This document shows, in pieces, positions 11,920-23,185 of a DNA stretch of 64,000 nucleotides. Numbering within the stretch: the stretch's first letter is position 1; the number at the start of each line of letters is the position of its first letter. Location: positions 59,644,001-59,708,000 of the forward strand of contig OX597830.1 in NCBI GenBank assembly GCA_951406725.2. The letters run 5' to 3'. The notes below the pieces were generated by a model that saw nothing but the letters and a program-made list of their open reading frames with translations, had not been told where the DNA came from and did no database searches. Position numbers and translations under genes: made by a program. This DNA is from Octopus vulgaris. Lineage: Eukaryota.

Positions 11920-12889
11920 GAGAGTGAGTTGTCTTTTGATTCAGTTAATGTACGTATATTAAATTTATATTTATGTATTAAGCAGACCCCAGCCAAGTTG
12001 GCTGGAACTAGAAAAGAGAAGAGAATGAATGTGTGTGTAAGGCTGTGAACGGATTCGCGAATGTAACATCTATATGCGTGTAATTGTACACGTACAGTAC
12101 ACACACAATTACACGCACATGCATGTGTGTGTATAATTGCTGTGTATCTGAAGAATGTATTTATTGTAAGTATATCTATAAATCGTACGTGTGTGTGTGC
12201 TATGGTTTGTGTTAAGAGAGATCAAATTTAAAACTGTTCATGTGTAGAGAGTAAAAGAAAAAGCAAGGAAAGATAAGGAGGAAAGTAGTGAGTGAATGCT
12301 TCTGTGAGAGGGAGAAGTGGGACAAAGGGAGTGAAGAGAAAGCGAGGGAGGAAGACGTGAGCAGCGACAGCGGTAATGGTGGTGGCGGCAGCGGCAGCAG
12401 CAGCAGCAATGGCGTCAAAGGTGTGGGGTGAGCTGGATTCTTACCATAACTTCCTGCAAGCTGTCTAGACTATACTATGCTACTTATATAGACACGAAAA
12501 ATACGATGTAAGTCTTGAGCATAGTGGTGGTGGCGATGGTGGAGGCTATGTAGGGGCGGTGAAGGTGGTGGTACCGGTGGTGGTGGAGGCTATGTAGGGG
12601 CGGTGGTAGTCTTCTTTCGTATAACGGACAGACCAGGACACTTACATAGACAGCACTTAACAGCTGACCCACATAATAAATGTGTATGTGTGTATATATA
12701 TATACACACGCAAACATATACATACATATACGTATACACACATAAAATACATAACTTGTATCTGTGTATTTATTTATACATATATATATATATTTATATA
12801 TATATATATATATATTGACAGCCAGTGAACATACAGCGTAGAAAGAATCCATATATAAATGGATAAAAAATTTATTATACAGAAAATGC

Positions 12890-12930
12890 CTGTGACTTCG
12901 AAGTTTCGTTAGCAATGACTCATCAGACTG
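12890..12930 (-). ncRNA. Minimal type I hammerhead ribozyme motif in a short Penelope-like insert (~12815-12965)
   Basis: Minus strand reads CAGU-CUGAUGA-GUCAUUGCUAAC-GAAAC-UUCGAA-GUC-ACAG. All core nucleotides are present, the triplet is GUC and stem III is palindromic. Stems I and II each carry one mismatch. Confidence 0.65.
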
Positions 12931-12973
12931 TTTGACGACCTGGAAAATCACATTCACTCTTTTTCACACACAC

Positions 12974-13020
<47 letters not shown>

Positions 13021-13185
13021 GGGGAGAGATAGATACATACCCACACACATACATACATATATAGAGAGGTGTACAGTGGGTATCACATCAACGTTGTAAT
13101 ACTTGATTCATTAAAATTATTAGCACATTAAACTAGTCAGCCTCATTTTTGCTATTTAATCATAATGATAAATATATAACTTATA

Positions 13186-13407
13186 GAGCGATGCCTCGAC
13201 TATCGCGGGTGTTACGTTCCAAAACCCCACCCGCGATAGGTGAAAATCAGCCAAGTAGAAACAGTACTGTAGGGTAGTTTTTTTTTCCTGTTATCTATAT
13301 AATTTGTATTTTTATTTCATTATAAATGCAGTACACCACGGAAGAATCGGCGTAAGCTTAAATAATAAGCCGCGATATGTGAACCGCGATATAGCCGGGG
13401 ATTACTG
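13186..13407. mobile_element. pogo/Tigger-like non-autonomous DNA element
   Basis: Right end CCGCGATATAGCCGGGGATTACTG|TA; degenerate left end TA|GAGCGATGCCTCGACTATCGCGG. Confidence 0.62.
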
Positions 13408-14314
13408 TAATAATACTTTTATCATAACTTAAAATAAAATGAGTATTTTCTTTTTTCATAACTGTATACCTACTTTTGCGCCATACTGTGAGCGTGTGTG
13501 TGTGTGTGTGTGTATAAACACAATTGCAGCGTGGAAGATATTTGTAAACCATTCAAGAACACACAAAAACCGTTAGTTTCACTTCAGCATTTAATTTTCA
13601 TTTGTGCCAAAATATTTTTGTCGCTTTGAAACTGCGACCAATTTCACTGACAAAACTTGGTGCTACACACACACACACACAAGAAATAATTAAGATTTAG
13701 TTAAATTAGATACTCAAGTTGGGGCATCAAGTCAGTCCGGTATGGTCCGCACAGCTTGAAGTTAGGTGATGAAAAGCAAATAAGTAACAAAAATGTCCAG
13801 GTATCGGTGTATTACGGCCGTCTGATGCGGTTCCATTTAATTAACTGATCAATGAAAACACTACATGTTAGATGTGCTGAAACAATTGTCGTGATTAATG
13901 ATAAATTTTCGTATATTCCATCTTCCGTCTTTCATTTGCCGTGTGTGTGTGTGGTAACTATAATAATACATCGTAATAATAATATATATTCTCCGATTTA
14001 AAGCGACATTTATATATAAACAAATTGACTGGAGAATGATGAGCCAATCCTAGCCAGAATCTAACCCACACATCAACACTTACACCGCTACATGCGCATC
14101 CGATTGGACCAAATGCTCACCCATCAATTTCAGGCAAATTTTACATATATATACTTAAACTGTCTAATACTACATAAAGTAATTATAAACACACCAGAAT
14201 ATATATATTATTATTGATATATAATTATAGATGTTATTGTACAAATAAGTTTCTATAATTGCTTTCTCTTACAAAGTCTTCTGGTTTGTTGATAAATATT
14301 ATACACACATATAT

Positions 14315-14387
<73 letters not shown>

Positions 14388-14529
14388 TACATTCACTGCT
14401 GCTTTTGTGTGTGCGTGCGTGCGTGCGCGCGTTTGTGGGCGTGCTAACAATACTAAACCTGTTGTTAGAACTCAATATACACACGCTTTAGAGAAAAGCA
14501 TTTGGTGAGTATAGAGTGCAGTATTAATC

Positions 14530-14755
14530 ACTGTATGACAAGGGAACAAGAATCAATTTCAATGGCTTAAAGCTGTTTCTACTATAAAAAGGAGTACACT
14601 CAGAGCTGAGTGCACTATTTTTAATGGCTCTCGGGAGACTGACTATAAGACGTAGCACAAGCACTCAGCTCTGAGCACACTGCATCTTATAACAGAAACA
14701 GCTGTTAGCTAATTATGATGATTAAAGTAATTCTTGTTAACTTGTCATTCAGTTA
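14530..14755. repeat. Imperfect fold-back element
   Basis: Nested inverted segments: ATGACAAG..AACAAGAAT / ATTCTTGTT..CTTGTCAT, AGCTGTTTCT / AGAAACAGCT, TCAGAGCTGAGTGC / GCACTCAGCTCTGA. Confidence 0.75.
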
Positions 14756-15284
14756 CACACATGCGTACATATATAAGAGGTAGAGTACTGACATAGATAT
14801 ATATACATACATATCTACAAACATATATATTTCAAGCTGAAAATATACCTCTAAATAAGCATTCTGCTATTTTGATCTGCAAGTGGAACAGTGAAAGTAT
14901 TCAATACCTTCCTGAAATCGATTTTATACAGTCATCTCTAAATTCCAATGAGGGGTGGGGTCCTTAGTCAGGAGTCGGCACCTCCTCCGTGGATGAGTTC
15001 AGTTCAACACACACACACACAACAGAACAATAATAGGTCAAAGTAGTGGGAGTCACTAAATTGACTAAAGGCTCAAAGGTGGTACCCCAGCATGGTCGCA
15101 GTCAAATGAATCAAACCAATAAAAGAATAAAAACGTAAAAGAGCCGTGTATGGGTGCAGACAGTGATCAATGCCTCAAGTGAAACCCTACAGGTGTGTGT
15201 GTGTGTATCCATGGTGGCTTCTGCACAGTTTATGTATGCATATATTGCATGAATTAGTGTCTAAAAGTACATATACTGGTTTTA

Positions 15285-15440
15285 AATTTTGGCACAAGGC
15301 CACCAATTTTGAGTGCTGGTACTTATTTTATCAACCCTGAAAGGATGAAAGGCAAAGTCATCCCCAGCAGAATTTGAACTCAGAATGTAAGGACAGATGA
15401 AATGCCCAGCGTGCTAATGAATCTGCCAGCTTGCAGCCTT
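15285..15440 (-). mobile_element. SINE family B, internally deleted
   Basis: GAAAGGATGAAAGGCAAAGTCA...GAATTTGAACTCAGAATGTAA...CTGCCAGCTTGCAGCC. Confidence 0.7.
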
Positions 15441-15521
15441 TATAATTCTGTATATTGATATCAACTGGTGTGGCAGTTTGCATGCCTTTCTTTCATTAAT
15501 GTATAAGTAAGAGGGTAAAGC

Positions 15522-15845
15522 CCCCCCCCCCCCCGGTCGTGAATGACCATAGGATTGCATCTAGAAAGTTTCCCTCTGGAGGCACAAGTCTGGGTAAGGT
15601 TGTTTATGAAAGACCAGCAGTCGCCCATGCATGCCAGCCTCCTCTCTCCATGCTACCAAAGGAAAAGTCTGATACAGTTTGGCACCAGTGATGTCACAAC
15701 TCATTTCTACAGCTGAGTGAACTGGAGCAACATGAAATAAAGTGTCTTGCTCAAGAACACAACACCACAGCCTGGTCTGACAATCAGACTCACTACCTCA
15801 TGATTGAGTCCTATACTCTAACCACTGAGCCAGGTGCCTTCACAC
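15522..15845 (-). mobile_element. tRNA-derived SINE family D
   Basis: Head GTGAAGGCACCTGGCTCAGTGGTTAGAG; body GTGTTCTTGAGCAAGACACTTTATTTC. An opposite-strand copy lies at 46960-47236. Confidence 0.75.
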
Positions 15846-16143
15846 TGTACAAGTGTCAGACTGAAATATGTAATGGGCTCTACACATATAAAACCTAATA
15901 TGGTTAAGTGTCCCATACAATGGCTAACTGAGATTATTTGGGCAATTAGTTGGTTAAGAGATTTCACCTATGAATGCTTAAAAATCTAAAATTTTATAAA
16001 AGTTTATTCATATCTGTTTATAAACAAACAACAAATATATGAGACTCAAACCTGTACACATACTTACAAATACATTGTTTATATTCATTCTCCCTTATAG
16101 TGTCACATTCTCTCCTTATACTTACATCTAAATGTAAATCATA

Positions 16144-16549
16144 TACTCTTTTACTCTTTTACTTGTTTCAGTCATTTGACTGCGGCCATGCTGGAGCACC
16201 GCCTTTAGTCGAGCAAATCGACCCCGGGACTTATTCTTTGTAAGCCCAGTACTTATTCTATCGGTCTCTTTTTGCCGAACCGCTAAGTGACGGGGACGTA
16301 AACACACCAGCATCAGTTGTCAAGCAATGCTAGGGGGACAAACACACAAACATATACACACACACTTATATATATATACATATATACGACAGGCTTCTTT
16401 CAGTTTCCGTCTACCAAATCCACTCACAAGACATTGGTCGGCCCGGGGCTATAGCAGAAGACACTTGCCCAAGATGCCACGCAGTGGGACTGAACCCGGA
16501 ACGACGTGGTTGGTTAGCAAGCTACTTACCACACAGCCACTCCTGCGCC
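16144..16549 (-). mobile_element. tRNA-derived SINE family A, full length
   Basis: Head GGCGCAGGAGTGGCTGTGTGGTAAG with B-box-like GGTTCAGTCCC, an internal microsatellite, and a (TAAAAGAG)n tail. Confidence 0.88.
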
Positions 16550-16794
16550 TATATATAAGAATTTTTTGCGTAATAAGATAAAAAAACCAAGGCTGTATAG
16601 ATATTATGCTCTAATATACAGCCTTGGATTTTTTATCTTATTACGTAAAAAATTCATATATACACACGCTGACATAGAACCAATGTTGAACCCTTTATTC
16701 GCAATATTACCGAATCTGGAACTTAACTATGGTCTGTCTATAGCACTTATTCAGCATTACCTGACACCTTTGGGTCTCAATGACACCATTATCT

Positions 16795-16842
<48 letters not shown>

Positions 16843-16874
16843 CAAAATAAGCAACAAGAACATCTTCAGTAATT

Positions 16875-16951
16875 TGGTACGATCGTTTCACACTACATCA
16901 TTTTATTGTAAGTATTACAACAGTTTTAAAATGTTGAGCAATCATCAGCCA
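16875..16951 (-). ncRNA. Type I hammerhead ribozyme motif with long stem II in an insert between (TA)n tracts (~16840-16962)
   Basis: UGG-CUGAUGA-[UUGCUCAACAUUUUA...UAAAAUGAUGUAGUGU]-GAAAC-GAUC-GUA-CCA. Core intact, stem III palindromic, stem I only 3 bp, and the stem II closing pair is U-U. Confidence 0.55.
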
Positions 16952-17001
16952 TCTATAGAGGTTTTATATATATATATATATGATTTACATTTAGATGTAT
17001 G

Positions 17002-17038
<37 letters not shown>

Positions 17039-17172
17039 TTACATTTAGATATATATTAAGCATTGTGAAACTGATAACCTGGTGTAGAACCTGGTTATAA
17101 CCTAGTGTAGAACTCAATATATGTATGCCTCTGAATGAAGCATATGTATGAGCCATAAGTACAGAGCCATAA

Positions 17173-17327
17173 TAAGAAAATGAGAGGATAAAGGAATAAA
17201 TGATTATCTTATCAACTTCATTGGCTTACAGCTAACATGTTTCAGCTATGAGGCCACTGTATCTTATAGAAACAGCTGTAAGCTAATGAAGTTCATGAGA
17301 TAATTCTTTTGTCATCTCATTTTCTTA
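17173..17327. repeat. Imperfect fold-back element related to 14530-14755
   Basis: TAAGAAAATGAGA / TCTCATTTTCTTA and AACTTCATTGGCTTACAGCT / AGCTGTAAGCTAATGAAGTT. Confidence 0.78.
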
Positions 17328-17651
17328 TACACGCACACACAAGCATAGAAGAGAACTAGATGCAGTTCTTTTCACACTGATGTCCTCATATACAAAACAA
17401 CATACACACTCCATTACACACATAGAAATGTTCACATACAGGTTTACATACAAAAATACACATACACATATATGCATGCACACACATACATACACACACA
17501 CACTCACACAAACATAGAAACTTATACATATGATCTACAAAAATATATATACAAATAAGGTAATGCACACATGTAGCTAACTAAAAATATATACATGCAG
17601 ATACATGTATACATATATTTAAATGTGCATATAAACATATAGACATACAAA

Positions 17652-17695
<44 letters not shown>

Positions 17696-18018
17696 ATGCT
17701 TAAGCACCAAAACCTACCCAGAGTAAAGCATACATATGCACATGCATGCATCAATGAACACAAACAAGAAATATAATATGAGCAAATGTCTAAAGGGACA
17801 AATTTTGAGAAAAATCCAATAATTCTCATTTTTTATTTAATTTCAGTCAAAGACACATCTTCAGGTTGTCATGCATCCGTCTCTAAGGAATGCACAGCAA
17901 CTGCAATCAATAATGTAATGGCAGCTGTTATTTGGCAGCAGGTGGCAACCACACTGCAGTGAAATTCACTGCAAGATAGCTTAACTACTAATGCAGTAGT
18001 TCCAAACTCAAACTTCTC

Positions 18019-18074
<56 letters not shown>

Positions 18075-18299
18075 CTATTTCCTCAGTGATTCACTTGCTT
18101 ATTTTCTTCTTTTTTGCTGTCCCCTTTTTAAATTTGTTTTTTGTAATTTTCAAGGGACAAAATAGCAATCTGGATCCCTCTATCAATATCATCTCATCTA
18201 AGACTATGAAGGAGCTTTCTTTCTCCTAATTCACCATAGCAGTTAAATCTCCCTCATTTGGGTACCAAAATAAAATCATAGTCTATACAGTAAACCAGC

Positions 18300-18572
18300 A
18301 TAAGACAAGATGATGACTCAAGCTCTCCGTGGTCTCTTGACCTGCTAAAATGAACACTTAAAAATCTCCCTCACTTCACAATCTAATGTCTTGGAGGATA
18401 CATGAGATGATGTAGTACCAGGTATATATTAGCTGGTTAAATAAAGAAAGATGGGTCATGACTGGAATACCTTTGATTACAGATACTCTAAAAAAGACAG
18501 GATGGTCTAGATTGGAACACCTTTGCTTATAGGTCTGCTCAATCAGTACTGACTGGAATTAAAAGAACAACT
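18300..18572 (+). mobile_element. Old dispersed repeat (family F); relatives at ~52280-52490 (+), 37120-37320 (+), 33680-33860 (-), 37600-37830 (-), 8310-8470 (-)
   Basis: Shared motif GATGGTC..G.TGGAA..CCTTTGAT.ATAGGTCTGCTC.ATCA...TGAC...CTAAACAAC. Confidence 0.55.
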
Positions 18573-18636
18573 GATGCAGGATATTAGAGTAAAAAAGCAG
18601 TAGGAGCATTATATAATTAACAAGCGTGCAATTTAA

Positions 18637-18837
18637 CCCTTTACCATTCAGATTACTTTGCCAAATATGATTATTTATTTACATAGTTTTGAATTAATCA
18701 TGCATTATCTTGTGGCTTCAAGATTTCAATGATATGATTTTTATTTTAGAATGACGTTGTAGGCTAAGTGTGAGAGACCAGATATAGACATTAGGTCAAT
18801 ATTTGGGCCTGATATGGCCAGTTTAAATATTAAAGGG
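18637..18837. mobile_element. piggyBac-like MITE, 201 bp
   Basis: TTAA|CCCTTTA ... TAAAGGG|TTAA. Confidence 0.7.
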
Positions 18838-19122
18838 TTAATTAGCAGATGTGATGCTTTTCTGCATATACACTTGATGTTCTCAGTATGACAGCCTCAT
18901 CTTCTTCAACAAACTCCTTATTACCCTTCACATAGAGGAAGGAGAGAGGCCACATATGCTAGAAAAGAATCTTCAACATGCTTTTTGTGAACCTATTCAA
19001 CAGAGTGGCCAAATTCCTCTCAACAAATTCTCCAAAGTATTGCAAAAACTATGAACAACCATCGTTTAAGATGTAAACAACACACATATATTACAGTATT
19101 TCAGTTTTAGAATAAGATAGAA

Positions 19123-19529
19123 GGATCTTTTCGGTTTGAATGGCAGTTTTTTCTAGCGGCGTCATATGAAATTGTCACCCATAATTATGACCCTAGTATC
19201 GATCTATTGCATTTCAATCTATTTTAGGGTTAGGGTTAGGGGTGGTGGAAGGGTATCTTTTTTTCTTCAGAAATGTAAATAAACCCAATCTGTTTCTTAA
19301 ACGAGGGATATATTCATACGGCACAGAATGTTTTTTAACTCAACAGACGGCAGTGATTGGTTGAAATTGAAGAAAAAAAACAACAAATATCTTACAAACT
19401 ATAGAATGTTCTCAATAAAGCCAAGAGAAAAAGATGTTTTATAAACACATTCTACCAGTATACGAAGTTTAAAATTTTTTAGTTAACTAGAAATTATGTT
19501 AATAACTGCCGTTCAAACCGAAAAGATCC
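19123..19529. mobile_element. Non-autonomous TIR element (407 bp) with internal TTAGGG repeats
   Basis: ~26-bp TIRs GGATCTTTTCGGTTTGAATGGCAGTT / AACTGCCGTTCAAACCGAAAAGATCC, with an imperfect 10-bp flanking repeat TAAGATAGAA/TAAGATACAT. A solo end of the same family lies at 63380-63431. Confidence 0.85.
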
Positions 19530-20016
19530 TAAGATACATCACGTCCCTCGATATTATAAGAGACAATTAAAAGAAACAGTGATAGAAAGACCATCCAGTT
19601 GTACAATATTGCTTGAAAAAAAGCTATTCAAGCCACACGAGCATAGAAAAACAGATGCAAAATGATGATGACAATTATAATAATATATAGTACATCATCT
19701 CACGACTGAGATAGGATGAGGATTAATTATAACACTGATCAGATTGTAAACTCAAACCAGAACAAAACTAATACACAAGAAAACTGACTTTCCTCTCTAC
19801 CCCACTGTATTTTAATAATTAATCATCCTTTTTGATAAGAATACAGTCATTTAAATAACTTTCTCTTTTGAAATTTCTTGGTTCAAATTTATATTATAAT
19901 CAATATAACCAAATTTATATTATAACCAATATAACCAAATAGATATTATAATCAATATAACCAAATTTATATTATAACCAATATAATATAATATAATTAT
20001 ATTATAATCAATATAA

Positions 20017-20181
20017 CTCTCGGAGTGGTTGGCGTTGGGAAGGGCATCCAGCTGTAGAAACTCTGCCAGATCAAGACTGGAGCCTGGTGCAGTCATCTGG
20101 TTCGCCAGCCCACAGTCAAACCGTCCAACCAATGCTAGCATGGAAAGCGGACGTTAAACGACGATGATGATGATGATGATG
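20017..20181 (+). mobile_element. Family E retroposon 3' fragment
   Basis: TGGCGTTGGGAAGGGCATCCAGCTGTAGAAAC...GCTAGCATGGAAAGCGGACGTTAAACGAC(GAT)n. Confidence 0.8.
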
Positions 20182-20692
20182 AATTTCCCATACAGCAGGC
20201 ATCTCTGTGTATTTTAACCTCAGTAATTCATGAAGCCTATTCCATCTCTAACTCTAAAATCTTGCATTGATGGTTTAAACCATACTTTGCTCACACAGTC
20301 TCTCATAAGATCAAAACAATTTCAAAGTTGTTACTGTGCTGCTAAAAAACAAACTTCACTCTTCCCTGCAGTCTATTTTAATTCCAGAGTTGTCTCCCCT
20401 GCAGTTCTTGACTAGAATTAGTCATTTACATTAGTTTTGTTTTTTGTTTATTCATTTTTTACTCATCACTAAGACTAATTGCATTAAGTGCCTCACTATT
20501 AATACCAACAGAGACGCTGAATTAGTTTCTTCAAAATATTTTATCTGTAGATGAAGACTGTGAGACTGGTTACAATAGTTTATCTAAATCTCTCTCTATA
20601 TATACACTTTGTATGTCATTCATTTGTATTCTACAGTCCAGACACATGAACTGCAATGACTCAATCTAGCAATAAATAAATTATCATCAGAA

Positions 20693-21072
20693 GGCGTAGG
20701 AGTGGCTGTGTGGTAAGTAGCTTGCTTGCCAACCACATGGTTCCGGGTTCAGTCCCACTGCGTGGCACCTTGGGCAAGTGTCTTCTGCTATAGCCTCGGG
20801 CCGACCAAAGCCTTGTGAGTGGATTTGGTAGACGGAAACTGAAAGAATCCCGTCGTATGTGTGTGTGTGTGTGTTTGTCCCCCCAACATCGCTTGACAAC
20901 CGATGCTGGTGTGTTTATACATCCCCGTAAGTTAGCGGTTCAGCAAAAGAGACGGATAGAGAATAAGTACTAGGCTGATAGAATAAGTACTGGGGTCGAC
21001 CTGCCCGACTAAAGGCGGTGCTCCAGCATGGCCACAGTCAAATGACTGAAACAAGTAAGAGAGTAAAAGAGT
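20693..21072 (+). mobile_element. tRNA-derived SINE family A, full length
   Basis: Same structure as 16144-16549. Possible TSD AGAAGGC at 20689-20695 and 21073-21079. Confidence 0.88.
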
Positions 21073-21423
21073 AGAAGGCCAGCACCATATTCAGCACTGT
21101 ACTTGGCTTCCCAATATTTAGTAGATATCCTGGTTCTAGTGCTGAGTTGAGATGATCTTTCTTCTAAAGTCAGTAAGACAAATCACTGTTGAGATCTACA
21201 TCTGATTAGGAAGAGTCCAGCACTTCACTCCACTCATCACAAACATTATTAGTGTGAGAGGAATGAATATGGCATTATTTATCTCATTCACATATATTGT
21301 AATATTTGAGGGAAATTAAACCAAAATCTTCAACAATAGAGATGTTGATAGGGTCAGGGTCAATTTTTGGTTTTTCCAGAAAGTGAGAAAATAGTACCAG
21401 CAATATACTGAGATGCTTTAAAC

Positions 21424-21761
21424 CAGTGATTCTTAACCAGGGTCCAAACGGCCCCTGAGGGTCCATATAAGATTTGTGGGGGAACACAACAAAATAGAAA
21501 ATTGGGAATCCATAATAATATTTTAAGGGCCCCTGAAAAAAATGTTGCTTTAGATGTATGTATTGCAAGAAAGAGCTACGTTTCCTTCTCAATTATTTTA
21601 CATAGTTCAACCTACCCACATTAATATGTGGAAAACAAAATAGGAATTTTGAAAGACTTTTCTATAAAACTAGTTTTTAAACATCGAATGGCTACTGGGG
21701 TACACCAGAATAAAATAGTAATCAAAGGGGTCCATAGATGAAAAATGGCCGAGAACCCCTT
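21424..21761. mobile_element. hAT (Charlie-like) non-autonomous element, 338 bp
   Basis: Perfect 8-bp TSD CTTTAAAC (21416-21423 and 21762-21769); imperfect TIRs CAGTGATTCTTAACC / GGCCGAGAACCCCTT. Confidence 0.8.
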
Positions 21762-22517
21762 CTTTAAACAAACCTCTTTCAATTTAACAAAATTTGGTCT
21801 TATACTGCAAAAGCTGCAGAAGAGAAAAAACAGTTCTGTGTTTTGTACTCAATGTGAACTCTACGGCCACCATTTTTTTGTCAGCCTTACAAAGAACATG
21901 ACAATTTTGTATGTACAATGATGTAAAAGAAAATAGAAGGGTCAACATGGTGACTATAATCTGAGAAGAGGATAACAAAGTTGAATATTTTTCTTATGAG
22001 ACGCTACTTATAGTCATATAATATTTAGTTATTGGTCATATAACAGACAGGACATACATTTAAGTGAACACAAGATAAACCACAGGATCCAATGATGATG
22101 ATGTTGTTAGCCATCCTCATACATCTGTTTTCTATGCTGGCTGGTGTAGACCAGTTTGAGAGGAACTGCTAAGTCAGAAGACTGCACTAGGCTCTGATGT
22201 CTATCGTACAAGGGTGAAGTAGTCTGAACACTATGTCCGGGAAAGAGACAGCATGACCAGAGCAGGAATGTCTTTGATTAGGAGTGCCAACTTATCTGTC
22301 TATCTGTCTATTTATATATCTATCAATGCATATAAGTATATGTATCTATATAGTTTTTTGGGTTTTTTTTAATATTTATGTAAGCAAAAAACAGTCTACA
22401 TATCAAACTATCTAAATACCAAGTAAACAACCTAGCAATCTACCAATCTATTATGATGCTAGCTAAGTGTTTGTGAATGAATATGGGTGTGTGTGTTAAT
22501 ATAATTAAAAACATCTC

Positions 22518-22566
<49 letters not shown>

Positions 22567-22921
22567 GTGCAGCTTACTTCAGAATACTCCATTTTACTTT
22601 AAATATGATCAGACTATAGTTCCAGTTCAAAAACGGAATGCACTTGTTGAACTAACTTGTTGAAAATGTTTTTCTGTAAGTGCATGAAAGAGCGAATATG
22701 CCGGTAAAAGCAAATTTGGAAGTTGCTTTTAGTTAGTATGTCAGATTTAAATATAGTGTTATTATTCAGCTGCACTATAGTACAAAAAAATGTAATAGTT
22801 TCAAAAGGCAATTACTATTATTATGAAAATTACTTGGAGCAACATTATTTGCAAGTAGAGGGAGAAAAACAATAGTAATTATACAATGTCTTTTTGAAAT
22901 GAAATTTCACTGAGCTTATAA

Positions 22922-22962
<41 letters not shown>

Positions 22963-22967
<5 letters not shown>

Positions 22968-23154
22968 CATGATAGATCATTAGCCACTACACACATTTTT
23001 TTTCTCTCCTTGTTTTCTGTGTCCCTTTCTGAAGAAGAGCGTAGGCTCGAAACGTAAAAGACTTTTTCTATTCCTGAGCGTTATACTAATACATCTGTTT
23101 GTTTTGTACACCACCTGTCTTCGTCTTTTGTTGTTTTTTTCGTAAACTCTCCCG

Positions 23155-23156
<2 letters not shown>
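22963..23156 (+). mobile_element. Short Penelope-like terminal-repeat element between (TA)n tracts, with hammerhead-like motif at 23025-23060
   Basis: CTTT-CTGAAGA-A-GAGC-GTAG-GCTC-GAAAC-GTA-AAAG. A closely similar copy lies at 36128-36326. Confidence 0.55.

Positions 23157-23185
<29 letters not shown>

Noticed and set aside
17840-17872. CTGAAGA...GAAA hammerhead-like string on minus (similar strings at ~24044, ~52060 and ~63104)
   Set aside because: Stem I or stem II cannot form, or GAAA/NUH is missing.
19223-19248. Telomere or chromosome-fusion remnant
   Set aside because: Only three units, and they lie inside a TIR element.
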